From contig OX597837.1 in assembly GCA_951406725.2 (NCBI GenBank), positions 20,274,001-20,338,000 of the forward strand: a DNA stretch of 64,000 nt. Reading direction: 5' to 3'. Each line of letters begins with the position of its first letter. Within the stretch, counting starts at the first letter, position 1. A program made the position numbers and the translations under genes. Positions 1 to 14,180 of the stretch are shown here, piece by piece. Under the pieces are notes generated by a model, which had not been told where the DNA came from, made no database searches, and saw nothing but the letters and a program-made list of their open reading frames with translations. The stretch is from Octopus vulgaris (lineage: Eukaryota).

Positions 1-388
1 CATCATCCCATCTTCATCATCCCATCTTCATCATCACCATCTTCATCATCACCATCTTCATCATCACCATCTTCATCATCACCATCATCATCGTCGTCCG
101 CGTCATCATCATCACCATCTTCATCATCACCACCATCATCATCACCATCATCATCACCATCTTCATCATCACCATCTTCATCATCACCATCATCATCGTC
201 GTCGTCGTCATCATCATCACCATCTTCATCATCCCATCTTCATCATCCCATCTTCATCATCACCATCTTCATCATCACCATCTTCATCATCCCATCTTCA
301 TCATCACCATCTTCATCATCACCATCTACATCATCACCATCTTCATCATCACCATCATCATCGTCGTCCTCGTCATCATCATCATCAT
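1..388. repeat. Compound (CAT)-derived minisatellite, main unit CATCACCATCTTCAT
   Basis: Visible tandem 15-mer with GTC-containing variants; runs off the window start. Confidence 0.9.
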
Positions 389-711
389 TGAAACTGAGGA
401 TTTGTGTAGCTCCGTCGTTCGGTGTGCTTCATTTAAATCCATACAAATAATAATATAAAAAGATGGATTTTATCAAACGTATTCCTTCTTAACCTTTCGT
501 ATGTTTGCTTAGTGGCATTATGTCCATCATTTCATTCTGAGTCCCAGGTCTGCCGAGGTCGACTTTGCCTGACACGCTTTCCGAGTCAATAAAAAACGCC
601 AGGAAGCAATGGGGTTGAAATTATTGACTAGCACCCTCCCACTGGATATAATTGATTAGCCTTGTGCCTACAGATGAAAGGATTATTATTATTATTATTA
701 TTATTATTATT

Positions 712-875
712 GAGTGAGAGAGCAGTTCATGCCATCAAAGTGACACTGGGGTAAAATATACGAAGCTCAATATACCCATCATGACTACCCGTCTGATAAA
801 GGTACACCAGGCACATGCATCACAACCACATGTGCGCGACATGGTGATCTCATATCAAGATAAACAGCACATGAC

Positions 876-948
<73 letters not shown>

Positions 949-1114
949 GAGAGAGAGAGAGCAGTGCATGCCATCAAAGTGACACTGGGGTAAAATATAC
1001 GAAGCCCAATATACCCATCATGACTACCCGTCTGATAAAGGTACACCAGGCACATGCATCACAACCACATGTGCGCGACATGGTGATCTCATATCAAGAT
1101 AAACAGCACATGAC
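712..1114 (-). mobile_element. Two near-identical ~165 bp units embedded in (TTA)n; probable 3' end of a (TAA)n-targeting retroelement
   Basis: Copies at 712-875 and 949-1114 differ at about 3 positions; each is flanked by TTA arrays. Element class and strand are inferred. Confidence 0.6.
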
Positions 1115-1677
<563 letters not shown>

Positions 1678-2606
1678 GAATCGTTAGCATGCAGGGCAAA
1701 ATGCTTTGCGGTACTTTACCCATCTTTACGTTCTGGGTTCAAATTCTCCCGAGGTCGACTTTGTCTTTTATCCTTTCGGGGTCGGTAAAATAAGTACCAG
1801 GTGTAGTTTATGTAATTGTGTGCCTTACTTTCAAAACTGAGACGCGAAATATTGGTTCTTTTGGTGCATCAGGCATCTTCTTGATGGTGAGAGCTACGCT
1901 ACATGTGTCGACACAATACGAATTACATGCTGAAGTACATCGGAGCAAACGCTGTCCCTTGGCTTGTTTTCAAACCTATATTACGAATAACAATGCTTAT
2001 ATATCTTTTATCTCATATTTGTTCCAGTCATTTGACGGCAGTCATACTAGGACACCATCTTGAAGAGTTTTAGTCAAATGATTCGCCTCTAATATTTATT
2101 TTTGAAGCCTTATACTTATTCTATTGGTAACTTACGCCGAACCAGTAAGAGGTGGTGAGGGCCAAATATAATCGGAAACACACACAGATAGATACATGGA
2201 CATATATGATATTCTGAAACCTCCCTTACCCTCATTCCTACAACTAACTTGAATTCCTTTTATGGTATTCTGAAACCTCCCTTACCTTCATTCCTACAAC
2301 TAAAAAAATCCTTTATTACTTCTAATTCTTATAGCAGTTAGACACAACCATAGTTTGGTCAGTTAGTGCTGGACTTCACAACCTAATGTTCTTAAAATTT
2401 AATTCTATATCTTTATCTGTATATCTACCTTCTCTAAAATGTTACTACTTGATTTGAAAGCTTTTGTATTACTGGAAAACCTATATAATTGGCTGAAGCG
2501 CACTCAACATCTTAAATCTGCAGTAATACTTACAATTTTTAATAAAATGTTGTAGTGTGAAACAATTGTACCAAATTACCGGAGTCATTCTTGTTGCTTA
2601 TTTTTG

Positions 2607-2676
<70 letters not shown>

Positions 2677-2677
2677 C

Positions 2678-3090
2678 AGGCGCAGGAGTGGCTGTGTGGT
2701 AAGTAGCTTGCTTACCAACCACATGGTTCCGGGTTCAGTCCACTGCGTGGCATCTTGGGCAAGTGTCTTCTGCTATAGCCCCGGGCCGACCAATGCCTTG
2801 TGAGTGGATTTGGTAGACGGAAACTGAAAGAAGCCTGTCGTATAGATGTATATATATATATATATGTATGTGTATGTATATGTTTGTGTGTCTGTGTTTG
2901 TCCCCCTAGCATTGCTTGACAACCGATGCTGGTGTGTTTACGTCCCCGTCACTTAGCGGTTCGGCAACAGAGACCGATAGAATAAGTACTAAGCTTACAA
3001 CGAATAAGTCCCGGGGTCGATTTGCTCGGCTAAAGGCGGTGCTCCAGCATGGCCGCAGTCAAATGACTGAAACAAGTAAAAAAAAAAAAA
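2678..3090 (+). mobile_element. tRNA-derived CORE-type SINE (family B) with internal TA/TG microsatellite, full length
   Basis: Head GGCGCAGGAGTGGCTGTGTGGTAAG...GGTTCAGTCC, CORE-like GGCATCTTGGGCAAGTGTCTT, tail ...CAAATGACTGAAACAAGTAAAA. Many copies elsewhere in the window. Confidence 0.85.
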
Positions 3091-3722
3091 AATATATATA
3101 TATATATGATCAAATGTTTATGTTCACATAAGCGCACTCCCTCCATCAAAGTAACATTGTCTGTACACTGTGTGCCACATGTCAGATGATGAAATGATCA
3201 CGAAGCAACGTGAAATGAAGTGCTTTGCTCAAGAACACAGCACAACGCCCGGTCTGGGAATCGAACCCATAATCTTGTAATCATGAGTACAAAACCTTAA
3301 CAACTAAATTATGCGCCCTCACACACACACGTACGTTCTTTCACACACACACACACACACACATATGTACAACTGGCTTCTTTTAGTTTTCGCCTACCGC
3401 CAAATCCACTCAGATGGCTCTGGTCAGCCCGGATGTATCATAGAAGACACGTGCACAAGTTGTCACGCAGTATGACTGAACCCAGGACCATGCGGTTCGC
3501 AAAGAAACCTCTTACCACACAACCACACATTTTATTTGTCTCTGTAAGACATTGAACACTTGTTACTTGCTGTCTGACCAAATCGCTGAAAATACTTGAT
3601 TCTGATGGAAAAGATTTTATTTCTGTAACGATCAAATTCATATTTTGCGCTTTTCAGCAGTGTTAGGATTCATATTTATCCACATCAAATTTGGATAGTT
3701 TAATTACTGGTACTTCACAGGT

Positions 3723-4113
3723 GTGGAGGCGCAATGGCCCAGTGGTTAGGGCAGCGGACTCGCGGTCATAGGATCGCGGTTTCGATTCCCAGACCGGGCG
3801 TTGTGAGTGTTTATTGAGCGAAAACACCTAAAGCTCCACGAGGCTCCGGCAGGGGATGGTGGTGATCCCTGCTGTATTCTTTCACCACAACTTTCTCTCA
3901 CTCTTACTTCCTGTTTCTGCTGTACCTGTATTTCAAGGGGCCGGCCTTGTCACTCTCTGTGCCACGCTGAATATCCCCGAGAACTACGTTAAGGGTGCAC
4001 GTGTCTGTGGAGTGCTCAGCCACTTACACGTTAATTTCACGAGCAGGCTGTTCCGTTGATCGGATCAACCGGAACCCTCATCGTCGTAACCAACGGAGTG
4101 CTTCCATCCATCC
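3723..4113 (+). mobile_element. tRNA-derived SINE (family C) with (TCCA)n tail and 11-bp TSD
   Basis: A box TGGCCCAGTGG, B box GGTTTCGATTCC; ACTTCACAGGT duplicated at 3712-3722 and 4114-4124. Confidence 0.88.
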
Positions 4114-5339
4114 ACTTCACAGGTAGTGCTAAATATTTCAGCCAGCAGCTACACATTTCAGCCACTTCAGGGAATTTCTTGTTTGTATTTTGTACCAAGT
4201 GGATCACTTTTTCAATTAGTAACTCTTCCTGCAATGGTTCTTCTATTCAGTTTTTTTTTTTCCTACGAAGAGTTCCCAGCAGTTATTACAATTCGTAACA
4301 CGACTTTTTTTCCCTGGGGATGCAACTGCTATTTCCTATTTATTTACCCCTAGGAAGTATGAAAAATGGCTAATATTTCCTTCAAACTTAGCTTTTGCTA
4401 TATTTATTCAAACCCCAAAGAATCCCTGCTCGTGGTCAGAGAAGCACATATTGTCAACCATTATGGGACATACTCAAGTAGTTAAGGTCAAGCAACTGAC
4501 GAGCAAATCTCTGGTATTGAGCAGAATATTTGCTATAACAATATTTCTGCTTTAGTTACTCAGTACTGAATCTGTCTTAAATGTAATGGGAAATAGGTCA
4601 GTTTCAAAACGTTGATGTTCAGGTCACAAAAGCAGAGTTTCAAGGGAATAGTCGTCATTTCCTTTGATTTCTAGACAGGAGCATTATGACATAACTTACT
4701 GACCAAGGTCTAAAAAAAATATTTGCTACACGTTGTCCAAAAAGGTTTTCTACGTCTTTTACCCCTGGCACTCGATTGGGTCCTATTTCTTGTTGAAAAA
4801 TAGTTCTGGGGACGAATTATTTGTTTTATTCAATGGAAACAGTCAGGTCTGTGTAGCTATACCTCATATTCACAGGTTTCTAGTTCAACCCCACTGCAAG
4901 ACACAGGGCTTATTGTGTCGACCGAAGCATTGCTAGTGAAACTGGGTCGCCAGTTAGGTGAGCTTTATCTGTTCTTAGGTGATATATGTAATCTAATGCC
5001 CGCTTTAACATCACAGTGTGGTCCTTATGTGCCCTGCTGCCTTTGACTCAGACAATGAAAGCAAAATGTGGAAAAAAAATATGATATACTGAATGATCGA
5101 TGTAAAATTTATTTTATTTAAATGAAAACTGTTTCGCGAATCTCAAAGGAATGAAGAGCAAGTATCAAAAATAAATTAAGAATTAATATTTTGTTATTTA
5201 GAGAAAGAAAAATCTTACCTTTGTAGGCAAGGACACCTGTGCGCATGTTTTGATCTATTAAACCTAATCAGCCTCCCCGGTCAGCTGACAAAGATATTTA
5301 CATATAGAAAAACAATTAGGATTTATTATTATTATAAAT

Positions 5340-5594
5340 GTGGAGGCACATGGCCTAGTGGTTAGAGCAGCGGACTCGCGGTCGAGGGATCGCGGGTTCG
5401 AATTTCAGACCGGGCGATGTGTGTGTTTATGAACGAAACACCTGAGCTCCACGCGGCTCCGGCAGAAGGTAATGGCGAACCTCTGCTGACTCTCTTGCCA
5501 CAACTTTCTCTCACTCTTTCCTCCTGCATTTTGCAGCTCACATGCGACAGTCCGGCGTCCCGTCCAGGCGTGGCTCGAGAAGGAACAAACAACA
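5340..5594 (+). mobile_element. tRNA-derived SINE sharing the family C head but with a different 3' half; 12-bp TSD
   Basis: TGGCCTAGTGG / GGTTCGAATTTC boxes; ATTATTATAAAT at 5328-5339 and 5595-5606. Confidence 0.85.
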
Positions 5595-5948
5595 ATTATT
5601 ATAAATAATTTTCATAATTAAGAAAGAAGTATTGCTGTATTTCGTACGTGATTTTTGGTGATTTAAAGCAGATTGTCTCTGAATCCTCTTTGATTTCAAA
5701 TGAATTTCTTTCTATGGAGACATTTTGAAGGCGAGGTTATCTTTAATTTTTTACTTATTCCAGTCACTGGATTGTGGCCATGCTGGGGCACCGCCTTGAA
5801 GCAGAACAAATCGAACCCAATACTTATTTCATTTAAGCCCATAACTTATTCTATCAGTCTTATTTGTCGAACCGCAAAGTTACAGGGACGTGAACACCGG
5901 TTGTCAAGTGGTGGTGAGGGACAAACACAACATAAAGGCACAAACGCA

Positions 5949-5987
<39 letters not shown>

Positions 5988-7112
5988 ATGCATATATAGG
6001 CATAGCTGTGAGGTAAGAAGGTTGCTTCTCAACCACATGGTTCCGAGATCATCCCCACTGTGTGACCATCGGGGACAAGTGTTTCGTTCTATATAGCCTC
6101 TGACTGATCAAAGCCTTGTTAGTGAATCTGGTGGGGGAAACTGAAAGAAGCCTGCCATATGAGTGTGAGTGTGTATGTCACCGTCATTATCAGCAACATC
6201 CTCATCTTCTTCAATCAATATAATAACCAGCATCATTAATTTCATCGTCGTCGTCGACATTATCATTATCGTCCTCTTCTTCTTCTTCTTATTCTTCATC
6301 CTCATCATCCTCATCATCTATTTCATGTCTACAGAACAATTGAGGAGTACTTTTAATTTCACTTTTTTCTCCGTTTTTTTCTTCTTCTCAGTCATTTTTT
6401 CAATCTCACCCCCCACCCACCCACTTCCACTGGCGCCGCCACCAACACCACTCTATCTCTATTTTCTCAATGCATTGTGCACACATTTTGTGCACAAAAG
6501 CATTTGCAATTTGATATGGCTCTCTGTGCAGCTGCACCGTTGCACCGTTTACATACAACACAGGTCGCAACAGGCTTCCTATTTCTTCTTTCTTTCTGTC
6601 TTTCTTTTCTTTGTTTCTTTTCTTTCCTTCTGAACACCAAACACAAGTAATAAACATACAAAAAAGAAGAAAAAAACTGAAGAAGAAAACGTAAAAGAGC
6701 AACAAAACAATTGCATAAAAGAGAGCGCAATAAAAATTGAGCGAGACAGAGTGAAAACGTGAGGGGAGAGAGAGAGAGAGACAGACAGACAGAGACAGAG
6801 ACAGAGTGATAGACTGGGAATAAAAAAGAGAGTGAAAGCATAAGGCGGGAAAGAGAGAGAGGACAGAGGAAGTGGGTGTGAAAGAGAGAGGGAGAATGGT
6901 CGTGAAGCAAACGCGGGAAACAAACTGATACTTTGGGTCATGTTGAAAAATATATACACAAATATGGCGGAAAGTAAAGGAAATTGACCTACTCTGAACA
7001 TTAGACAACAATTTGGTTACGAAAGCATTTTCGCTTTTGGGTTGGAAGCTAATATTTCGAAAATATATACTTTCTCTGTGTGTGCGTCCACGTGTGTATG
7101 CGTGTATTTACT

Positions 7113-7150
<38 letters not shown>

Positions 7151-7505
7151 ATACATGTGGATGTGTGCATATATATATATCTGTGTGTGTGTATGTATAT
7201 ATGTATATATATGTGAATGTATGTGTGTGTATTATATGCATTTTTATATGTAAATATCTGTGTGTGTTTGTGTGTGAATGTGCGTGTGTATTTGTATTTA
7301 CTTTCATTTTATGTATATATGTGTGTGTGCGTGTGTGTATGTATACATCAGCGTGTGTGTATGTATGAATCTATGTATGTTTATAAATATATGTATGTGT
7401 GTATATTTCCTCTTGCTTGCATATACATATCCTTTTTATTCCAACGTTTTTAGGTATGGAATAGCGTATACGAAAGCGAAATATTTTTTGCTGCTTCCTG
7501 TATAT

Positions 7506-7582
<77 letters not shown>

Positions 7583-8164
7583 TACAAACAAACAAACACA
7601 CGTGCGATAGTATTTATGCGTGTGTATTATGCATACACACGTACACACCTAAACTTACACGTGCATTTAGAAAGTATATATTTCCCTTGCAAAGCTAGCA
7701 GAAAGAAAGAAAGAAAGAAAGTATCCGCAACCTTTATAAAAGCACAAGTGTCGACTATGGTTTTAACCAGCTCTAATGCAAACTGGGTAATGCACACACA
7801 CAAAACACACATACATACATACACACACACACATACACACATACACACACAAAAAACACACACACGTGTATATCTTTCTTTCAAAGATGTTGTATTGAAA
7901 ACACGACTATGTTCCTGTATGATCTTTCTCATTAAGTAGTTTTTTTCATATTTCATTCTTAATCTTTTGTTTAAGTTCAAACATTAACGTTGCTGAGTAT
8001 ATTCTCACTTCAAGAATTTCTCAGTTCCATCATCTAAATTCTGTCTAATTTTGGTCCAAGGCCAACAATCATGACTCCAATACAAGATTGTTACTTCATT
8101 TTATCGACCACGAAAGAATGAAAGTCGATCTCGGCAAAATTTGAATTCAGAATGTATCATTATT

Positions 8165-9500
8165 GTTATGGCCGCAGCAGCAACAAAGTCCACCACTTCT
8201 CGGTCCAACATCATTGCCTCGAGGTTATGGGTACATTCCAGGCCAGTGTCTGCGATCAAGTTGTCGATGTAAGTGCGACAACATTTTCTTCTTCTTACGT
8301 CACCATGAAGTGGGTCACCAGGAAGGCGGCGAGCTGTCAGAAACGTCAGCAAGCCGGGCGAAATGCTTAGCGGTATTTCGTCTGCCGTTACGTTCTGAGT
8401 TCAAACTCCGCCGAGGTCGACTTTGCCTGTCATCCTTTCGGGGTCGATTAAATAAGTACCAGTTACGCACTGGGGTCGATATAATCGACTTAATCCGTTT
8501 GTCTGTCCTTGTTTGTTCTCTCTGTGTTTAGCCCCTTGTGGGTAGTAAAGAAATAGGTATTTCGTCTGCCGCTCCGTTCTGAGTTCAGATTCCGCCGAGG
8601 TCGACTTTACCTGTCATCCTTTCGGGGTCGATTAAATAAGTACCAGTTACGCACTGGGGTCGATATAATCGACTTAATCCGTTTGTCTGTCCTTGTTTGT
8701 TCTCTCTGTGTTTAGCCCCTTGTGGGTAGTAAAGAAATAGGTATTTCGTCTGCCGCTCCGTTCTGAGTTCAGATTCCGCCGAGGTCGACTTTACCTTTCA
8801 TCCTTTCGGGGTCGATAAATTAAGTACCAGTTACGCACTGGGGTCGATGTAATTGACTTAATGTCCTTGTTTGTCCCCTCTATGTTTAGCTCCTTGTGGG
8901 CAATAAAGAAATATGAAGTGGGTTCCCTAAGACCAATTTGGATGCTTCCAGATCAGAGTAACGCACGCATTGACCAGATAACCGCAGCCGTCTTTGTCTG
9001 ATCAGCTCACTAACTTTTGACATGAATCCATAGAGGTGTTCATTTGTCTTATGTTGCTGCCATTTCACATTTAGGGCCATTCGTAGCCTCCTTTTGTAGC
9101 ATCCAGTTAGCCCGTTTGATAATCTCTGTCAGTGTCCAGGTTTCACCGCCATATAATAGCACTGATTCGACAGTTGCAATGAACCGCTTGATTTTGATTC
9201 GCCTGGGCAATCTGGAGTTCCAGACCTTGTTTCGTTAGTGACAAGCTGTCCATGCTTATGCCTTGCTGATCTTGATGTCTGCTGGGCGAACTGCTCACTC
9301 AACTACCTAAGTACTTGAAGTCTTCAGCAACATTCAGTTTGGAACCGCACAAAGCAAACAGTTCAGTGTCACTTGATTGGTTGAATGGCAAGCATTCCGT
9401 TTTCTCGACATTTCTGTGCAGTCCTGTTTTAGCAGCTGATGTTTATACTCTGCTGAGCAGCTGTTGTGTTTGATCTATTTCATCAGATATGAGTGCGCCT
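8165..9500 (-). pseudogene. RTE-like non-LTR retrotransposon RT C-terminal relic, split by a SINE array
   Basis: Minus-strand DFKYLGS, MALNVKWQQHKTNEHLYG..IRQRRLRLSG, continuing beyond the SINE as PLHG..TYIDNLIADTGL..MLDRE. Confidence 0.75.
8323..8912 (+). mobile_element. SINE family A: one head plus three tandem 184-bp bodies, with TSD
   Basis: GGTATTTCGTCTGCC recurs at 8372, 8556, 8740; ATGAAGTGGGT duplicated at 8305-8315 and 8913-8923. Confidence 0.9.
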
Positions 9501-10479
9501 AATAATTTTTCCGACGTACTTAAGGATTCTACCAGCTCGATGCCTTTAGTTTCAAATTTTGGCACCAGGCCAGCAATTTTAAGAGGGGGAGCTTAGTCGG
9601 TTACAAAGCTCTCGATACTTGACTGGTACTTTATTTCATCGATCTCGGTGTGATTTAATCTCGGATCATAAAGAACCGGAAGCTATGCCGCTAAGCATTT
9701 TGTCCGAAGCGCTAACGATTTTTCCAGCTTGCCGCCTAAGTTTCAACATCTAAATAAAAATATTTTTTTCAGCCTTTCGTCACCACACTTCGCAGCAAAT
9801 CACAAAGGACCATAAAAATATTGTTAGAACTGATAAAAATCATCAGTTCCGAATTTTAAATTATTCAACCCCGAGGAGATTTCATGGTTTATTTACTAGT
9901 GCGGACTGTTAATTTTTAGCATTATTTATCCTAATCACAAAGCCTTCATGGTTAATCTAATTTTTAGTTGTTTTTGTAATATTGTACAGGTTGTTGTCAA
10001 CTATTTTTTTTTCCTATTTTTATCCTGTATTATGTGTTGTAGTGGTAAATGCATTATCAATCAACGAGAAAGTGATGTAGTTTTGCATCCCATTTAACAG
10101 AACGAGTCTGAAGTATATGTGAGAGCATCTAAGTATATATATATATATATATATATATACGACAGGCTTCTTTCAGTTTCCGTCTACCAAATCCACTCAC
10201 AAGCTTTCGGTCAGCCCGAGTACAAGACACTTGCCCAAGGTGCCACGCAGTGACTGAACCCAGAACTTTGTGATCAGGAAGCAAGCTTCTTACCACACAG
10301 CCACAACGACATGATCCACAAAACTACCATTAAGAACTGAGGCTACCACTATAGTCACTAACAGAATTTGGTTATCAATAGGAATATTTCGGGGTGACAA
10401 CTTATCTGTAAAGGTTTTCGTCCTAGTAGTTAACCCATTGGATTCATAATAGGAAAAAACGATTAATTTTACCCCCACC

Positions 10480-10715
10480 TTTTTTTGTTGATGACTTTAA
10501 GCTGTTCTCGAGTAGTATTCTGTTACCAAGAAGCAGTTAGTCCTGGACACAGCATTTTCACGAGACATAGGAATGAAGTTTAGTTGGGACAAGTGTTCAT
10601 ATTTTGTAGTCAAACAAGAAAACATAAGGAAAAGGGATAGCAATGGCCTGACTATCTCCCCTATCACCAGTGATGAATGTCACAAAACCCTTGGAATTGA
10701 CGAGAATATCACATC
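10480..10715 (+). pseudogene. R4/Dong-clade RT fragment
   Basis: FVDDFKL then FSRDIGMKFSWDKC and KTLGIDENI, same motif order as the 46.2-46.4 kb copy. Confidence 0.6.
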
Positions 10716-10869
10716 TGTTTGTTTTATATCCTGGTGTTGGATAAATAATTTAACGAAGCAGGGAGAAAAAAGTATTTACACGGCGCACTACGGTTCCCGT
10801 TTCACAAGGTTAAACGCTATCTGCCAACGGCTCACAGTGAACTGCTTACCATCAATTGTTCCTGTCAAC

Positions 10870-11090
10870 TCGACAGTTCTTTATTTTATTGAACGTATCT
10901 CTGCACCCTTGCTTGCAGTTAGCGCTTGAACAAAAGCTTGACATATCCGGGATTAATTCATTTAATTTGAATTTTTCACACTTTCTGTTAACAATCCCAG
11001 CATAGCTGACGAAATCTTCAGCATCTTTTCTGATCAAATTTAAACTGTGGCACCGAGTATTAAACAGAGAGAATTCTCTTGTTCTGTACT
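10870..11090 (-). pseudogene. Gypsy (K02A2.6-like) gag fragment
   Basis: SLFNTRCHSLNLIRKDAEDFVSYAGIVNRKCEKFKLNELIPDM resembles invertebrate Gypsy gag proteins as I recall them. Confidence 0.6.
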
Positions 11091-11932
11091 TCACCAGATT
11101 TAACAACTTGTCCTGAAGTTTTCCAAATGTAATAACTTCTGTACTTTTCCTTGTTAATATTCTTAAAAATATTATTTCTCTTGCTCGCATTTTTCCATGT
11201 AGACCATGTTTTTCCAAGCTATGCTCTTATGCAAATTAATAATGTGTCAAATGTGTCAATTAGTGGTGTCGTTGATAATTTTCTCTTACCTCAATGATGC
11301 CGGTGACATATATTAAAAGTCCCTTATAGAGCTATATTCATAAAAAGTATAGAATTTTATTATCCCACTCAAATTTGAGAAACAAATACTCATAACGTTT
11401 TTCTTTTAAAACTTCAATGCATGAGATTGATACCATGAAATTCCTCAAATTGAGTTCTATCATTTAAGCTTAATTAAAATATAGTTTGTTTTTAAGATAA
11501 AGAAAAGTTAATTATACTTAAATCCAATTTTTGCCATATATTTTTTTTAATGATATTTTACCTCACACTTTTTTGATGCAAATTTTTGTTGCATAGGACC
11601 AAAACTATGAAATCCCTCAAGCTTTCGTCTATCATTGAAGCTAAGATAAACACATTTTAAAATAAAAGCAAGTTATTTAGATCTAAACTTGATTGGAGGC
11701 GTTACTTATTCTCCTATAAAGCTGCTACAAGTTTTGATGTAAACGTTTTTCTACTGGACCAAACCTCGATTTTTTAATGCCAAAATCTAGCTAGGGACCA
11801 GTCCTCTCCAAAAATGTTAACAGTTTTCAATTTGGCTAAGAACTGAATTGGCAACAAGCGCTGAAAAGTGCTGCGTGTAAATTACGGTTTTCAGAATATC
11901 ATTCAACTACAACCGTAGTTGAATGATATATA

Positions 11933-11970
<38 letters not shown>

Positions 11971-12280
11971 TGTATAAGTCCTGCTCCCCTTTTATAAACT
12001 GAATAGGCCACGTAGTCAGAGCTCGAGATTACTTGAAGACACAAGACGTTTTATATAAACATGCCTAGAGCCCCGTCGCCAATGCCAGAAACTGTTAGTA
12101 GATCGTACCTTTATATAATGTATAGTAAATGACACACACACACACACACATGTATGTATATATGCATGTGTGTGTATGTATGTAAATATGCATGTATGCA
12201 TGCAAACATACAATGACACATAAAGGCATATACGCATATATATTTATATGTGTGTATGTATATAGTATGTATTGATATTG

Positions 12281-12344
12281 TTACTACTACTACTACTACT
12301 ACTACTACTAAAACTACTACTAATACTACTACTAATACTAATAA

Positions 12345-12427
<83 letters not shown>
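12281..12427. repeat. (ACT)n grading into (AAT)n microsatellite
   Basis: Directly visible. Confidence 0.95.
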
Positions 12428-12559
12428 GATTCCATCAAACAATATATAAAGGATGTTAACAGTCGCAACACCGATGAAGGAGGTCAACAGGCGCAATATA
12501 CACACATGCATATACGTGTGTATATGCTGCATATTTGTATGAATGTATATGTATATAAG

Positions 12560-12608
<49 letters not shown>

Positions 12609-12660
12609 TATACATATATGCGTGTGTATGTGTTTGTGAGCATGTAACTATGTATATAAG

Positions 12661-12705
<45 letters not shown>

Positions 12706-12709
12706 AATA

Positions 12710-12745
<36 letters not shown>

Positions 12746-12821
12746 CGTATGTATACATATATGTAAGTTTGTATGCTGGTATATATAAATATATCTCGTG
12801 TGTATGTGTGTGTATGTATGA

Positions 12822-12876
<55 letters not shown>

Positions 12877-13419
12877 CAACGGGAACGTCTATTTGCACCT
12901 GCAAGTGGTTTTTGCCTGTGTGAATCCATATTTTTGTACCTTGTAAAGGTAAGCTTGGTTTTGAAGATAACCTTTGGAATCTTAGGAAATTTGGGGTCAT
13001 GACCTGATTCACCTTTTTATCATCTCTACCCTCCCTTTCTCTCACCTCCTCTCTTTTCTACTCTGCATTTACCATCTTCTTTCTTCCTCTTTCTCTATCT
13101 CTTTACTGTATTTATATATTCATCTCCATATATTCATTTCACTTAAACTATCGTTTCTAACACATATTTATATTTTTTATCCCTCTTATGTTTGTACAAA
13201 TTACTTTCTTCATTCTTTATTCCTCTCATTCTTCGTTTTCGTTTTTTTTCGTCTTCCAAATTCCGTTTCTAATTCTTTCTCTGTTCCTTTATCTCTTTCT
13301 TTTCCTCTTTTTACTATCTCTCTTCTCTCTCTCACAAAATCTCTCTTCATCTCTCTTGTTTCTTCGTACATTTTTTATTTTTCTTTCTCATTTTTTATTT
13401 TTCTTCATTACCTCTTTAC

Positions 13420-13622
13420 TCTATTTTTACTTGTTTCAGTCATTTGACTGTGGCCATGCTGGAGCACCACCTTTAGTCGAGCAAATCGACCCCAGGACTT
13501 ATTCTTTGTAAGCCTAGTACTTATTCTATCGGTCTTTTTAGCCGAACCGCTAAGTTACGGGGCCGTAAACACACCACCATCAAGCGATGTTGAGGGGGAC
13601 AAACACATAAACACACACATAC

Positions 13623-13683
<61 letters not shown>

Positions 13684-13841
13684 TTCGACGGGCTTCTTTC
13701 AGTTTCCGTCTACCAAATCCATTCACAAGGCTTTGGTCGGCCCGAGGCTATAGTAGAAGACATTTGCCCAAGGTGCCACGCAGTAGGAATGAACCTGGAA
13801 CCATATGGTTGGTAAGCAAGCTACTTACCACACAGTCACTC
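13420..13841 (-). mobile_element. SINE family B, near full length
   Basis: Reverse complement of the 2678-3090 element including internal microsatellite. Confidence 0.85.
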
Positions 13842-14081
13842 CCTCTCTAATTCTTTCTCTCTTTCTCTCTCTCTCTCTCTCTATCTATCTCTCTCTTTAT
13901 TCTCTGTCTTACCTATCTCACGTATTCTCTCCTCGTTTCTTTTGTTTCTTTGCCTGTTTTTTTTTTCTTTTTCTTTCTAAACCAAATACTTTCCTTCTAT
14001 TTTCATTATCAAAATACTTGTAAAATGACTCTCCATCTACCCGGCTCTTGATATTAGCTCTCTATAAACTTAAAGCAATAA

Positions 14082-14180
14082 AGTATTCCCTGATGAGCCG
14101 TTTTGATTAAACATGCATATCCACTTAGCAACCAGTGCAGGATTACAAGAAACCAATACGTCGAAACGTACGTAGGAACT
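14082..14180 (+). ncRNA. Type-I hammerhead ribozyme motif in a PLE pseudo-LTR-like module
   Basis: ttcc-CTGATGA-(decayed long stem II)-GAAA-cgtacg-TA-ggaa. Confidence 0.65.

Noticed and set aside
2208-2303. ~38-bp direct repeat TATTCTGAAACCTCCCTTACC..
   Set aside because: Simple local duplication within a probable old repeat
3723-3800. Functional tRNA gene
   Set aside because: A/B boxes continue into a SINE body with TSD; no proper acceptor stem
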